Position numbers and translations under genes: made by a program | Virus record (IMG/VR): IMGVR_UViG_3300046474_000274 | Coordinates: 1-36,424 of that record | DNA from: a virus | Lineage: Duplodnaviria; Heunggongvirae; Uroviricota; Caudoviricetes | Length of the DNA: 36,424 nucleotides | Reading direction: 5' to 3' (one strand) | Notes under the pieces: generated by a model | Database searches by the model: none | What the model was told of the DNA's origin: nothing | The model's input: only the letters and a program-made list of their open reading frames with translations | Shown here: positions 16,874 through 24,931 of the stretch, in pieces | Layout: every line of letters starts with the position of its first letter | Numbering within the stretch: the stretch's first letter is position 1

Positions 16874-18208
16874 ATGGAGTCTCGAATGTCCGAAGAGACG
16901 GCACAGTTCGAATTCGATCCTTCCTTCCAGACGAAGGTTGCTGCGCTGGTGATGCGCGATAGCAACTTCGCGATGAACACCAAGGATCTGATCAAGCCGG
17001 AGTATTTCACTGAGGACGCAGCAGGCACCCTCGTTCGTATCGTGCATGAGCATGTGAAGACCTATCGGTCCGTGCCCGACATGAAGATCCTGCCGACCAT
17101 CTTGCGCGACGAGATCGCCGCAAAGCGCATCCGCCCCGACATGGTGGATCCCGTCAAGAAGATGGTTCGCGAGATCCTGACCACTGATCTCTCAAACCCG
17201 GCCTTCGTCCAGGACAAGGTTGTCGACTTCGCCAAGCACCAGGCCGTTGAAGGCGCGATCATGCAGATCCTCCCGCTTCTCGAGAAGGGGAAGGATTGGG
17301 ACAAGATCGGCCAGCTCATGAAGGACGCCGTCTCGGTCGGCGCAGTAACCGACGGTGGCGACTACGACTACTTCGGGGAAATCGGCAATCGCACCAAGCA
17401 GCGCCACGACCTGAAGGCAGGCAAGGTGGTGCGTTCCGGCATCACGTCCGGCTATGCCGCGATCGACGCTTATCTCTATCACATGGGCTGGGGCCGCAAG
17501 GAACTGTCCTGCATCATGGGCGCTGCCAAGGCTGGCAAGTCCATGTCGCTCGGCGACTTCGGCAAGAACGCGGCGATGGCCGGCTACAACGTGTTCTACG
17601 ACAGCCTCGAAGTGTCGAAGGACATCATCGCCTCGCGTGTCGATGCTGCGCTTTCCGATACGCTGATGAAGGATCTGCACAAGGATCCTGATGCCGTCGA
17701 AAGGGCAATTGCAGCGATCGCTGCAAAGTCCGGCCGGTTCAAGTTGCGCGACCACGCATCCGGCACCTTAAAGCCCACGCAGCTCTACCGCCTGCTGGAG
17801 CAGTATCGCGCCGAAGGCATCATCTTCGACCTGGTGATCGTGGACTACGCCGACATCATGGCCGCGGAATATCGCTCCGACAGTCTGCAGGAGAACCTGC
17901 GCACGATCTACGTCGACCTTCGCGCCATTGCCTACGAAGCCAACTGTGCGCTGCTGACGGCCACTCAGACGAACCGTGACGGCGCGAAGGCTGCGACTGC
18001 CAAGGCGACCGACGTTGGTGACGACTGGAACAAGGCCAGGACCGTCGACATCATGATCGGCATTAATGCCACCGACGCCGAAAAGGCCGCGAATGAAGCC
18101 CGCCTGACCTGGCTGCTCGCGCGTAACGGCGAAAGCGGCTTCTCGCTGCGCATCAAGCAGGATCGCGCCAAGATGCAGTTCCTGACCAAGGTCATCGGGA
18201 AGGAATAA
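16874..18208 (+). CDS. dnaB: Replicative DNA helicase (DnaB/SF4-like)
   Basis: Walker A MGAAKAGKS, SLEVS, IVDYAD, TATQTNR, ARNG motifs; adjacent to primase. Confidence 0.85.
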   Translation: MESRMSEETAQFEFDPSFQTKVAALVMRDSNFAMNTKDLIKPEYFTEDAAGTLVRIVHEHVKTYRSVPDMKILPTILRDEIAAKRIRPDMVDPVKKMVREILTTDLSNPAFVQDKVVDFAKHQAVEGAIMQILPLLEKGKDWDKIGQLMKDAVSVGAVTDGGDYDYFGEIGNRTKQRHDLKAGKVVRSGITSGYAAIDAYLYHMGWGRKELSCIMGAAKAGKSMSLGDFGKNAAMAGYNVFYDSLEVSKDIIASRVDAALSDTLMKDLHKDPDAVERAIAAIAAKSGRFKLRDHASGTLKPTQLYRLLEQYRAEGIIFDLVIVDYADIMAAEYRSDSLQENLRTIYVDLRAIAYEANCALLTATQTNRDGAKAATAKATDVGDDWNKARTVDIMIGINATDAEKAANEARLTWLLARNGESGFSLRIKQDRAKMQFLTKVIGKE

Positions 18209-18210
18209 GC

Positions 18211-19332
18211 ATGGCTCGCCTGTCATTCGAACAGATCCAGGAAGAACTCGACATGGAGTTTCTCCTGGACCGGGAAAGCGTTTCCTATCGCGAGACGCGC
18301 GGCTCCTCGGGCATTCAGCTCAACATCAAGACCTGCCCGAATCCCGCCTGCCGCGACGAGCGCTGGCGCACCTATTTCGGGATCGATAACGGGCAGGGTA
18401 ACTGCTTCGTCTGTAACACGTCCTTCAACAAGCTCCAGTATGTGAACTATCAGTTCGACCACGGCGCCGACAACTGGCGCGCCACCTTCGCGGCGTGCGA
18501 GGAGATCATGCGCGACCAGGGCTACAAGCCCAAGCGCAAGGCAATGGTCCAGGTTATCCACGGCGAGGTCACCCTTCCGGTCTCCGATCCGCTTCCGCTG
18601 CCCGACGGCTCGAACCTGGCCTATCTCGAGCAGCGCGGCTTCGACGCCGAGATCGCCAAGTATTTCGAGCTCCGCTGGTGCCAGTTCGGCTGGTGGAAGT
18701 TCAAGGATGCCGAGGGCGTGACCCAGACGCAGAACTTCGGAAACAGGATCATCATTCCCGTCTTCGACCTCGACGGCAGCTTGAAGACCTTCCAGGGCCG
18801 CGATCTCACCGGAACCTCGCCCAAGAAGTATCTCTTCCCGATGGAGCTTCCGGGAACGGGGCGCTATTTGCTCAACGGGCACAATGTCGTTGCCTGTGAC
18901 CATGTGGTGATGGGCGAGGGGGCTTTCGACGTGGCCGCGATCAAGGTCGCCTTCGACGCCGATCCCGAGCTCCGCAGCGTCGTCCCGGTCGGCTCCTTCG
19001 GCAAGCATCTGTCTTTTGGTTCGTCCGACGGCGATGACCAGCTCGGCCGCTTCATCCAGTTGAAGGCGAGGGGAGTGACGACCGTCACGATCATGTGGGA
19101 TGGCGAGGTCCCGGCGCTGCTGTCGGCCCTCGACGCAGCCAAGATCCTCACCGGCATTGGCTTTAAGGTGCGCATTGCGCTGCTGCCGTTCGACAAGGAT
19201 CCGAACGAAGTCACCGGCGATGTCGTGCGCAAGGCTTTCTACGCCGCGGCGCTCTGGACGCCGAGCCTCGACATTAGATGGCGCCTCAAGAACCCCTATG
19301 CGGCAGAGGCAAAGAAGAAGAGCGCTGCCTGA
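18211..19332 (+). CDS. DNA primase (Zn finger plus TOPRIM)
   Basis: CPNPAC...CFVC zinc finger; RIIIPV, FQGR, MGEGAFD, WDGE, KDPNE motifs. Confidence 0.88.
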   Translation: MARLSFEQIQEELDMEFLLDRESVSYRETRGSSGIQLNIKTCPNPACRDERWRTYFGIDNGQGNCFVCNTSFNKLQYVNYQFDHGADNWRATFAACEEIMRDQGYKPKRKAMVQVIHGEVTLPVSDPLPLPDGSNLAYLEQRGFDAEIAKYFELRWCQFGWWKFKDAEGVTQTQNFGNRIIIPVFDLDGSLKTFQGRDLTGTSPKKYLFPMELPGTGRYLLNGHNVVACDHVVMGEGAFDVAAIKVAFDADPELRSVVPVGSFGKHLSFGSSDGDDQLGRFIQLKARGVTTVTIMWDGEVPALLSALDAAKILTGIGFKVRIALLPFDKDPNEVTGDVVRKAFYAAALWTPSLDIRWRLKNPYAAEAKKKSAA

Positions 19333-19337
19333 CGGGA

Positions 19338-19355
19338 TAAGTAATCGAATACTTA
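19338..19355. promoter_or_regulatory. Core-type operator TAAGTA-N6-TACTTA
   Basis: TAAGTA-ATCGAA-TACTTA, just upstream of a promoter-like motif. Confidence 0.65.
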
Positions 19356-19364
19356 TTTCCTACC

Positions 19365-19390
19365 GCTTCCCAAGAGCGATCTCGCTATAA
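19365..19390 (+). promoter_or_regulatory. Promoter-like motif, GCGATCCC-N11-GCTATAA class (upstream element weak)
   Basis: GCTTCCCA-N11-GCTATAA. Confidence 0.45.
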
Positions 19391-19397
19391 CTGAAAC

Positions 19398-19997
19398 ATG
19401 AACGACGACGAAGCGGACGAACGAAAGCGCAAGTTAGGCCGCGCGTTCCTCGCTCGGACGAAGAGGAAAGCCATGCTTGTTTACCCGATTAAGTCCAGGA
19501 CGATCTCCCTCGATCACCAGGCCGGCACCAAGTCCTATCACCTGCACCTGATCGAGGCGGCGAACGGCCACTGCGTCGTTATCAACCGCTGGGGCAAGAC
19601 GGGCGCATTCGGCGAAATGAAGGTCGAGACCTTCGACAGCCCGATCGCGGCGCGAAAGGCAATCGACAAGAAGGAAAACGAAAAGACCCGCAAGGGCTAT
19701 CGCCAGGTGGGCGCGGCGCGCGAGACCTCGGCCGAGGACGTATCCGAGCTCGTCAAGGCGATCGGCATGGCCCCGTTCAACAAGATGGGCGCTACGGCCG
19801 TCGAATGGCTCGACCCTGACTTCGACACGTCCGGCATGCGCGAAGCCGACGGTCCTCAGTATGACGAGGACACCGGCCGCAAGCTCGACACGGCGCGCAA
19901 GGCGAACATCGAAGAGGCGCGCGCCGAAGCGCGCCGGCGTGAAGTCGAGACTGCCCAGCAGGCATATGCCGAAAACGATCTCTATGGAAGGTTTTGA
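19398..19997 (+). CDS. WGR-domain protein
   Basis: KSYHLHLI...VINRWGKTGAFGEMKVETF...ARKAIDKKENEKTRKGY matches the WGR domain pattern; alternative start ATG 19473. Confidence 0.7.
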   Translation: MNDDEADERKRKLGRAFLARTKRKAMLVYPIKSRTISLDHQAGTKSYHLHLIEAANGHCVVINRWGKTGAFGEMKVETFDSPIAARKAIDKKENEKTRKGYRQVGAARETSAEDVSELVKAIGMAPFNKMGATAVEWLDPDFDTSGMREADGPQYDEDTGRKLDTARKANIEEARAEARRREVETAQQAYAENDLYGRF

Positions 19998-20566
19998 TGA
20001 TGCGCCAATACCTGACTCTGGATAACGACAACCAGTTCCAGTTCTCGTGCCCGATCTTCAACGTCACGACCAAGATGAGCCTGTGCATGAAGCTGCGCGA
20101 GCTGGTCTGGATGGGCAAGCGCCCTGACGTTCGCAAGGGCTGCCAGGCGTGTATGTCTGCCGGCAAGTGCCCGGCTGCCGCAATTGTCTCGAAGATCTCC
20201 TATGGTCGCGAGGTGCCGGATGAATACGGATCGAGGACGCCGGTCACGGGCAAGCTGCGCAAGGACATCCTGGAGCGGGTTCATCGCCCTATGGTCCTCG
20301 AAAAGACCCTCAACGATTTCGAGGTGCCGGCTGCAGAACGTGAGCTGATCGCCGGCGCATCCGACCGCATCGGCAAGATGATCGGCGCAGCACCGCTGCC
20401 GTCCACTGACGGCCCGCCGAGCCGTTCTGCTTTTGGCGCCGAGACGGCCACTCCCAAGAGCCCGCGCAAGGCAACGCCGAAGGCCGAGAACACCAACACC
20501 CCGACGAACGCCGTCAACGACGCTGCCGCATCCGGCAACCTCGCAGCGGCCATCAACGCAGCGTAA
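19997..20566 (+). CDS. Hypothetical Cys-rich (probable Zn-binding) protein
   Basis: CPIF...LC...CQACMSAGKCP; TGATG overlap with the WGR gene stop. Confidence 0.65.
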   Translation: MMRQYLTLDNDNQFQFSCPIFNVTTKMSLCMKLRELVWMGKRPDVRKGCQACMSAGKCPAAAIVSKISYGREVPDEYGSRTPVTGKLRKDILERVHRPMVLEKTLNDFEVPAAERELIAGASDRIGKMIGAAPLPSTDGPPSRSAFGAETATPKSPRKATPKAENTNTPTNAVNDAAASGNLAAAINAA

Positions 20567-20575
20567 GGAAAAATC

Positions 20576-22105
20576 ATGGACGCTTATGCAGTCTCGCGCC
20601 TGATCGAAGACATCGGCGCTACGTCGTCGCGCACGGAGAAGGAGACGCTCGTCGGCCAGCTCGGCGCATCCGATCTCGGCAAGTTCGTGCTCACCTGGGC
20701 CTATAATCCCTTCGTCACCTACGGCATCACGCCGGCAAAGTCGGACAATGCTGGCAGGTTCAAGATGGAGTTCAAGGAGAGCCTGGTCGAGCCGCTGCTC
20801 AAGAAGCTGTCGAGCCGCGAGCTGACCGGCATGGCCGCGGAGCGCGAGATCGGCGAGGTCATGGGCGCGCTCGATGAGGATGGCGCCAATCTGCTCTTCC
20901 TGATCCTGTCGAAGGATCTGAAGTGCGGCATTGCCGCAAACACGATCAACCAGGCGGTGCCCGGCCTGATTCCGGTCTTCTCCGTCCAGCGTGCGCAGGC
21001 TTATGAAGCCAAGCGCATGAAGAAGACCATGAAGGGCGAGTTCAAGCTCGACGGAAACCGCAACACCTTCATGTCGAAGGATGGCAATGGCGGGTTCTTC
21101 TCGCGCACCGGCAACCGTGTCGCGCCGCTCGACTTCCTTGTTCCGCCTGTCATGGTGGCTGCATACTACGCCATGCAGAAGGGCAGTGATGCCTTGAAAA
21201 AGGTGCTGATTGGCGATCGCGAGCCTGGACATGCAAGCCTGAACTTCGTCCTCGACGGCGAAGCCATGATGACGCTGTTCGAGGAGACCGGCGCATTCCG
21301 GCGCAAGGATGAAGACGCGCTTGGCGCTGAGCTGCACCTCTACGACATGATGTCCTACGAGGACTTCGATGCCGTTGGTGCTGTCGGCGAACCGCTGCAC
21401 GTCCGTCGCACCTGGGTCGCCGAGTTCGTCAAGCTCGCCAAGGAAGGACTCAAGCGCACTGATGGGGAGGACGCTATCCAGATCGTCCCGCAGTATTTCG
21501 TCAACGACGATAACGAGGTGCAGGCGCTCTTTGAGCGCGCCCGCTCGATGACGCTCGCCAAGTATCTTGCCCGCGGCGACGCCGAGAAGGAAAAGCTGCT
21601 GCTCACCAAGACGATCGACAAGGCGACCGGCCAGCCCAAGGTGCTCGAAGGCATCGTGGTCAAGGATCCCGACGCCCTCTACGAGAAGAAGAAGTCCCAC
21701 GCCTGGATGAAGCTCAAGGCGGAAGAAACCCTCGATCTGCCGATCATCGGTGTCTTCAACGGCCAGGAACATTCCAAGTATGAGAATATCCTGGGCGGCG
21801 TGATCGTCGATCACAAGGGCGTCGAGGTGCGGGTCGGAGGAGGGATCTCCGATGACGCTCGCACCTATCTCTGGTCCCTCTGGGAGAAGGACGCAAAGAT
21901 CATGGGTGTCGATCCGCATGTCGGCTTCAAGGGCGCAGTCCATGACTACGCTGATCTGAAGTCCCTCGGCGCAACCAATCTCATGACCCGTCTCCTCGAG
22001 ACCGAGTTCATGGAAGTGACGCCGGACGGATCACTCCGGCACCCGCGCGCCATTCGCTTCCGTGACGACAAGGACGGAGAAGTCGAAAGCAAGGAGGCCG
22101 CGTAA
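20576..22105 (+). CDS. ATP-dependent DNA ligase
   Basis: EFKLDGNR (KxDG), LDGE, LYDMM, EGIVVK, WMKLK, SLRHP motifs. Confidence 0.92.
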   Translation: MDAYAVSRLIEDIGATSSRTEKETLVGQLGASDLGKFVLTWAYNPFVTYGITPAKSDNAGRFKMEFKESLVEPLLKKLSSRELTGMAAEREIGEVMGALDEDGANLLFLILSKDLKCGIAANTINQAVPGLIPVFSVQRAQAYEAKRMKKTMKGEFKLDGNRNTFMSKDGNGGFFSRTGNRVAPLDFLVPPVMVAAYYAMQKGSDALKKVLIGDREPGHASLNFVLDGEAMMTLFEETGAFRRKDEDALGAELHLYDMMSYEDFDAVGAVGEPLHVRRTWVAEFVKLAKEGLKRTDGEDAIQIVPQYFVNDDNEVQALFERARSMTLAKYLARGDAEKEKLLLTKTIDKATGQPKVLEGIVVKDPDALYEKKKSHAWMKLKAEETLDLPIIGVFNGQEHSKYENILGGVIVDHKGVEVRVGGGISDDARTYLWSLWEKDAKIMGVDPHVGFKGAVHDYADLKSLGATNLMTRLLETEFMEVTPDGSLRHPRAIRFRDDKDGEVESKEAA

Positions 22106-22109
22106 ACAA

Positions 22110-22137
22110 GCCGCCCGAGCCTAATAGCTCGGGCGGC
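22110..22137. terminator. Probably bidirectional intrinsic terminator between ligase and the convergent small ORF
   Basis: Perfect 11-bp stem GCCGCCCGAGC/GCTCGGGCGGC with a 6-nt loop; T-rich on + (GTATTATTT) and on - (TTGTTTA). Confidence 0.75.
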
Positions 22138-22140
22138 GTA

Positions 22141-22233
22141 TTATTTAGAGAACAACTCCACTAAAACGATTATAGTTCCAATAATCTGAGCTATATTTGC
22201 CAATATAGCCAGTATTACCAGCATCTTATTCAC
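22141..22233 (-). CDS. Small hydrophobic peptide (30 aa, MNKMLVILAILANIAQIIGTIIVLVELFSK); candidate type I toxin or exclusion peptide
   Basis: Hand-translated; GTG start at 22233 (alternative ATG 22224) with AAAGGA upstream; the stop lies 3 nt from the terminator stem; AT-rich; below the ORF-track length cutoff. Confidence 0.55.
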   Translation of the reverse strand: MNKMLVILAILANIAQIIGTIIVLVELFSK

Positions 22234-22334
22234 GATTGGTAAATCCTTTTGGTTAGGATCGTTCCCAATCGACGTTCTAGCGGGGCGCCTGAGCTGCGCA
22301 GAACACCACCAACCGATGTAAAGATAGTGAGTAT

Positions 22335-23459
22335 TTAGCGGCGCGCAAGATCTTTCGATAGGCGTTGAATCTCGTTTGCTAAATTCAACTGTCCGGCTTT
22401 GATCAAACGGACCATCGCCCTGAAATAGCCGCCCGCGTTCTTGATCGGATCCGATCCTGGCGCGGGCCGCGTTTGCATCTGCACCACGTAAACCAGCGTG
22501 GCCGACGCGCCGAGCGCCCCGATTTCACGGGTCGCCTCCTCCCAGCCGGACGCGGACACCCCAAAAGCGCCCCGCATGCGCGACACGCCCATAATCAGGT
22601 CGCGGTCGCTGCGCACATCGCCTATAAACTCCATCGCATCAGGGCAAGCTCTCGCCAAATCGCCGGCGTCCAGGCTGATGCTCGGCCGTTCCGGCTCCCT
22701 CACATCATCAGAGCCGTTGTTACAAGACTGGTCAGGGGCATATTTGTTGTTGTCTTTGTGACGGCAAGAATTGCCGGCAGAGGCGGCGTAATATCTACCT
22801 TCTGCTTCTTCCCTGATCGAGCGCCAGGCTTCTCGGGCGTCGTCGGCCGATCCCGCTCCAGACCTGCGTGGCGTGACTCTAGCGAGCTCAAGGGCGCGCG
22901 CCGTCAGTTCGGTGATGTCGATGCTCGGGAAAGTCTCTGCAAGCGCCCTGAGAGCCTCCTGCGCCGATCTGCGATGGATGGTGAGCTCGTCAAAGGCTGC
23001 CGCTCGCTCGCGCTCCATATCTTTGATCGCCTGGAGCTGATCGCGGAGCTCCGGCAGGCGCGCAAGGAGAGGGGAGAGGTCGAAGCCATATGCCTTGACG
23101 ATCTGGCCCCGCAGCGATCGCTGCGCGAACCGTTTGCCGTTCGGGCTGTCCTTGGCGCCGATCACACCATCGGCAAGCAGCCGGGCAAGCGCATAGCGAA
23201 CGGATCGCTCTGGAATGCCGGTGCGCTCGACCAGGAATTCGTTCGACGGCCAGACGAGCATCCGGTTTTCGATCAGCTCCCCACCGTAGACGCCGACGAG
23301 CTGGTCGAGGACGAACCTGCAGCTTGACGGTAGTTTCAGCACGCGGGCAGCCGCCCGCGCCGCCTCGTAGAGGACTTGTTTGTCCGCTGTGTCTGGCTCT
23401 TCGGCCGACGGGAGCGTCGGCTTTAGAGCGCGCCAGCCGGACGACTGTGCGCTTCTCAT
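22335..23459 (-). CDS. repC: Plasmid replication initiator RepC (repABC-family type)
   Basis: VWPSNEFL, SVRYALARL, KDSPNGKRF, AYGFDLSPL, IKNAGGYFRAM motifs. Start ATG 23459 with AAAGGGA RBS, preferred over 23501. AT-richer middle near 22730-22800, where oriV lies in characterised repC genes. Confidence 0.92.
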   Translation of the reverse strand: MRSAQSSGWRALKPTLPSAEEPDTADKQVLYEAARAAARVLKLPSSCRFVLDQLVGVYGGELIENRMLVWPSNEFLVERTGIPERSVRYALARLLADGVIGAKDSPNGKRFAQRSLRGQIVKAYGFDLSPLLARLPELRDQLQAIKDMERERAAAFDELTIHRRSAQEALRALAETFPSIDITELTARALELARVTPRRSGAGSADDAREAWRSIREEAEGRYYAASAGNSCRHKDNNKYAPDQSCNNGSDDVREPERPSISLDAGDLARACPDAMEFIGDVRSDRDLIMGVSRMRGAFGVSASGWEEATREIGALGASATLVYVVQMQTRPAPGSDPIKNAGGYFRAMVRLIKAGQLNLANEIQRLSKDLARR

Positions 23460-23508
23460 GGTTATCCCTTTCACAGGGCAACGCTTCGCCGTTCGCCTCA
23501 AATAGGCG

Positions 23509-23537
23509 TTGACAAATCAGCGGTGATTCGGGATAAC
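23509..23537 (+). promoter_or_regulatory. ctRNA promoter antisense to the repC leader
   Basis: TTGACA-N17-GATAAC with a GANTC (GATTC 23525-23529) in the spacer, matching the layout of repABC ctRNA promoters. Confidence 0.75.
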
Positions 23538-23543
23538 CAAAGT

Positions 23544-23624
23544 GCTTGATAGCTCTGGTGTCCCGACGGTCACTATCTAATTTCGAAGGCTCTAGGATTG
23601 GCGTCCTGGAGCCTTCAGCGTTTT
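23544..23624 (+). ncRNA. Counter-transcribed antisense RNA (ctRNA/IncA-like) controlling repC; ends approximate
   Basis: Lies in the repC leader on the opposite strand; 13-bp stem GAAGGCTCTAGGA/TCCTGGAGCCTTC (one G-U pair) at 23585-23616 followed by AGCGTTTT. Confidence 0.75.
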
Positions 23625-23630
23625 AAGCCC

Positions 23631-23828
23631 TTAGTTTCGTTCCTGAATTAACTTGTTAAGGGCAGCCGCAACGGCTTCAGACCGATTGCGGAACTCACCC
23701 GACTTGACCAGTTCGTCCAAACGTGTCGTCAGACGGTTCTCGATCCACAGAAGAACCTGCTTCTCGCCTCGCGCTTCACGCTTGACGCGATATCTCTCAG
23801 ACGCCGTAATGTCGCTTTGGATGCCCAT
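23631..23828 (-). CDS. Ribbon-helix-helix (CopG/Arc/MetJ-like) protein upstream of repC
   Basis: KQVLLWI...LDELVKSGEFRNRSEAVAAAL RHH signature; ATG 23828; same strand as repC. Confidence 0.72.
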   Translation of the reverse strand: MGIQSDITASERYRVKREARGEKQVLLWIENRLTTRLDELVKSGEFRNRSEAVAAALNKLIQERN

Positions 23829-23939
23829 GATCAAAAATCCGACTCATTCAAATCACTACATCGCTAGTGATCGCCCGATTCTGCTGATTTGTGAAGTCCC
23901 CAATATCCACAACAGCCATAGGTAGACGCCGAGGAACGT

Positions 23940-23967
23940 TTCTTGCATAAGATGCATTATGGAACAG
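23940..23967. other. dif-like XerC/XerD recombination site
   Basis: TTCTTGCATAA-GATGCA-TTATGGAACAG: 11-6-11 layout sharing GCATAA-N6-TTATG with E. coli dif (GGTGCGCATAA-TGTATA-TTATGTTAAAT). Confidence 0.65.
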
Positions 23968-24009
23968 GCGCGGATTTAAGCGGTTGTGGTCAAGCCCGGT
24001 TCGTCAACA

Positions 24010-24027
24010 TAAGTATGTATTGACTTA
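24010..24027. promoter_or_regulatory. Core-type operator (one mismatch) overlapping a TTGACT -35 ahead of the XRE gene
   Basis: TAAGTA-TGTATT-GACTTA; TTGACT at 24020-24025. Confidence 0.6.
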
Positions 24028-24056
24028 TTTTTTCGTTATGGTCTAAGGGCGACGCA

Positions 24057-24082
24057 GCGATCCCTTTCAAGTCGCGCTATAA
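24057..24082 (+). promoter_or_regulatory. Promoter-like motif, GCGATCCC-N11-GCTATAA class
   Basis: Exact GCGATCCC-N11-GCTATAA. Confidence 0.6.
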
Positions 24083-24145
24083 GTCATGTTGTCGAAAGCG
24101 ATACGTCCAGGCGCTACGAACCGCATAATCAGGGAACTATTTATT

Positions 24146-24538
24146 ATGGCAACGCAAACAGGAACACCGACGCGGTTTTCCAACTACATATTTAAGAAAC
24201 TCATGGAGTCGCCGAAGTCTCAGAAGGAGATCGCGGACGCCGTGGGCTACAAAAACCAAAACATGATCACCATGCTCAAGCAGGGTCATGTAAAGCTCGC
24301 ACTCGACAGAGTGCCGGCAATGGCTAAGGCTCTCAACATAGATCCGCTCGATCTGTTCAAGATCGCGCTGACCCAATTCTATGACGACGCTGCCTGCCGG
24401 ATGCTGACAGACATCATAGAGGCTGGCAATTCCGCCCAAGAGCGGAAGATACTCCAGATAGTGCGCGACGCTTCCGGCGATGCCACGCCCCTCCTGACAC
24501 CAGAGCGCGAGAAGAAGCTGGCAGAGATATTCGGCTAA
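24146..24538 (+). CDS. XRE/Cro-CI-type HTH transcriptional regulator (candidate repressor)
   Basis: SQKEIADAVGYKNQNMITMLKQG...LDRVPAMAKALNIDP HTH; divergent from the RHH-repC unit; ATG 24146 preferred over 24086. Confidence 0.8.
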   Translation: MATQTGTPTRFSNYIFKKLMESPKSQKEIADAVGYKNQNMITMLKQGHVKLALDRVPAMAKALNIDPLDLFKIALTQFYDDAACRMLTDIIEAGNSAQERKILQIVRDASGDATPLLTPEREKKLAEIFG

Positions 24539-24569
24539 TTCGCTCGCGACCCAATGCGATTCGGCATTG

Positions 24570-24600
24570 AGCCTGCTATATCAGTGGCAGGCTTTTTCTT
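24570..24600 (+). terminator. Intrinsic terminator after the XRE gene (overlaps a GCTATAT promoter-like motif)
   Basis: AGCCTGC / GCAGGCT stem followed by TTTTCTT; GCGATTCG-N11-GCTATAT at 24556-24581 overlaps it. Confidence 0.6.
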
Positions 24601-24612
24601 CGACCGCAGAAT

Positions 24613-24630
24613 TAAGTAATTGCATACTTA
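24613..24630. promoter_or_regulatory. Core-type operator
   Basis: TAAGTA-ATTGCA-TACTTA. Confidence 0.7.
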
Positions 24631-24653
24631 CACCAGCTTCCCAGAGGAACATC

Positions 24654-24884
24654 ATGACTGAGACTTCTCCCTTCCTGCGCAATCTGTCGATGTCGAATGA
24701 GGAAGCCTATGAGCTCTCCTTCGAGCTTGAGGATAAGCAGGTAGAAGAACTGAATGGCTGCACGATCTATTCAGGCAAGCATCCCGAGCACGGTAATATT
24801 CATATCGTGATCCCTGCGATGGGCGACAGCGCAAAGGCACTTCTGCCCTTTGATCTGAAGCCTGTCGTTCTCCGTTCATTTTGA
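24654..24884 (+). CDS. Small acidic hypothetical protein (76 aa)
   Basis: ATG 24654 preceded by AGAGGA; bracketed by two identical operators. Confidence 0.55.
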   Translation: MTETSPFLRNLSMSNEEAYELSFELEDKQVEELNGCTIYSGKHPEHGNIHIVIPAMGDSAKALLPFDLKPVVLRSF

Positions 24885-24893
24885 GCGTAAGAG

Positions 24894-24911
24894 TAAGTAA
24901 TTGCATACTTA
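24894..24911. promoter_or_regulatory. Core-type operator ahead of the cobT-like gene
   Basis: TAAGTA-ATTGCA-TACTTA, identical to 24613-24630; TTGAGC-N17-CATACT spans it. Confidence 0.7.
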
Positions 24912-24931
24912 ACTCAAGGAGTTAGCGACAA

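Noticed and set aside
22335-23828. Canonical repABC operon
   Set aside because: No ParA/RepA Walker ATPase or ParB/RepB gene is adjacent; only an RHH gene precedes repC.
23903-23911. DnaA-box-like ATATCCACA near the replicon
   Set aside because: Single, one-mismatch 9-mer; RepC origins lie inside repC; could be chance.
23835-24145. Alphaproteobacterial LexA box (GTTC-N7-GTTC) in the divergent control region
   Set aside because: No correctly spaced GTTC/GAAC pair was found by eye.
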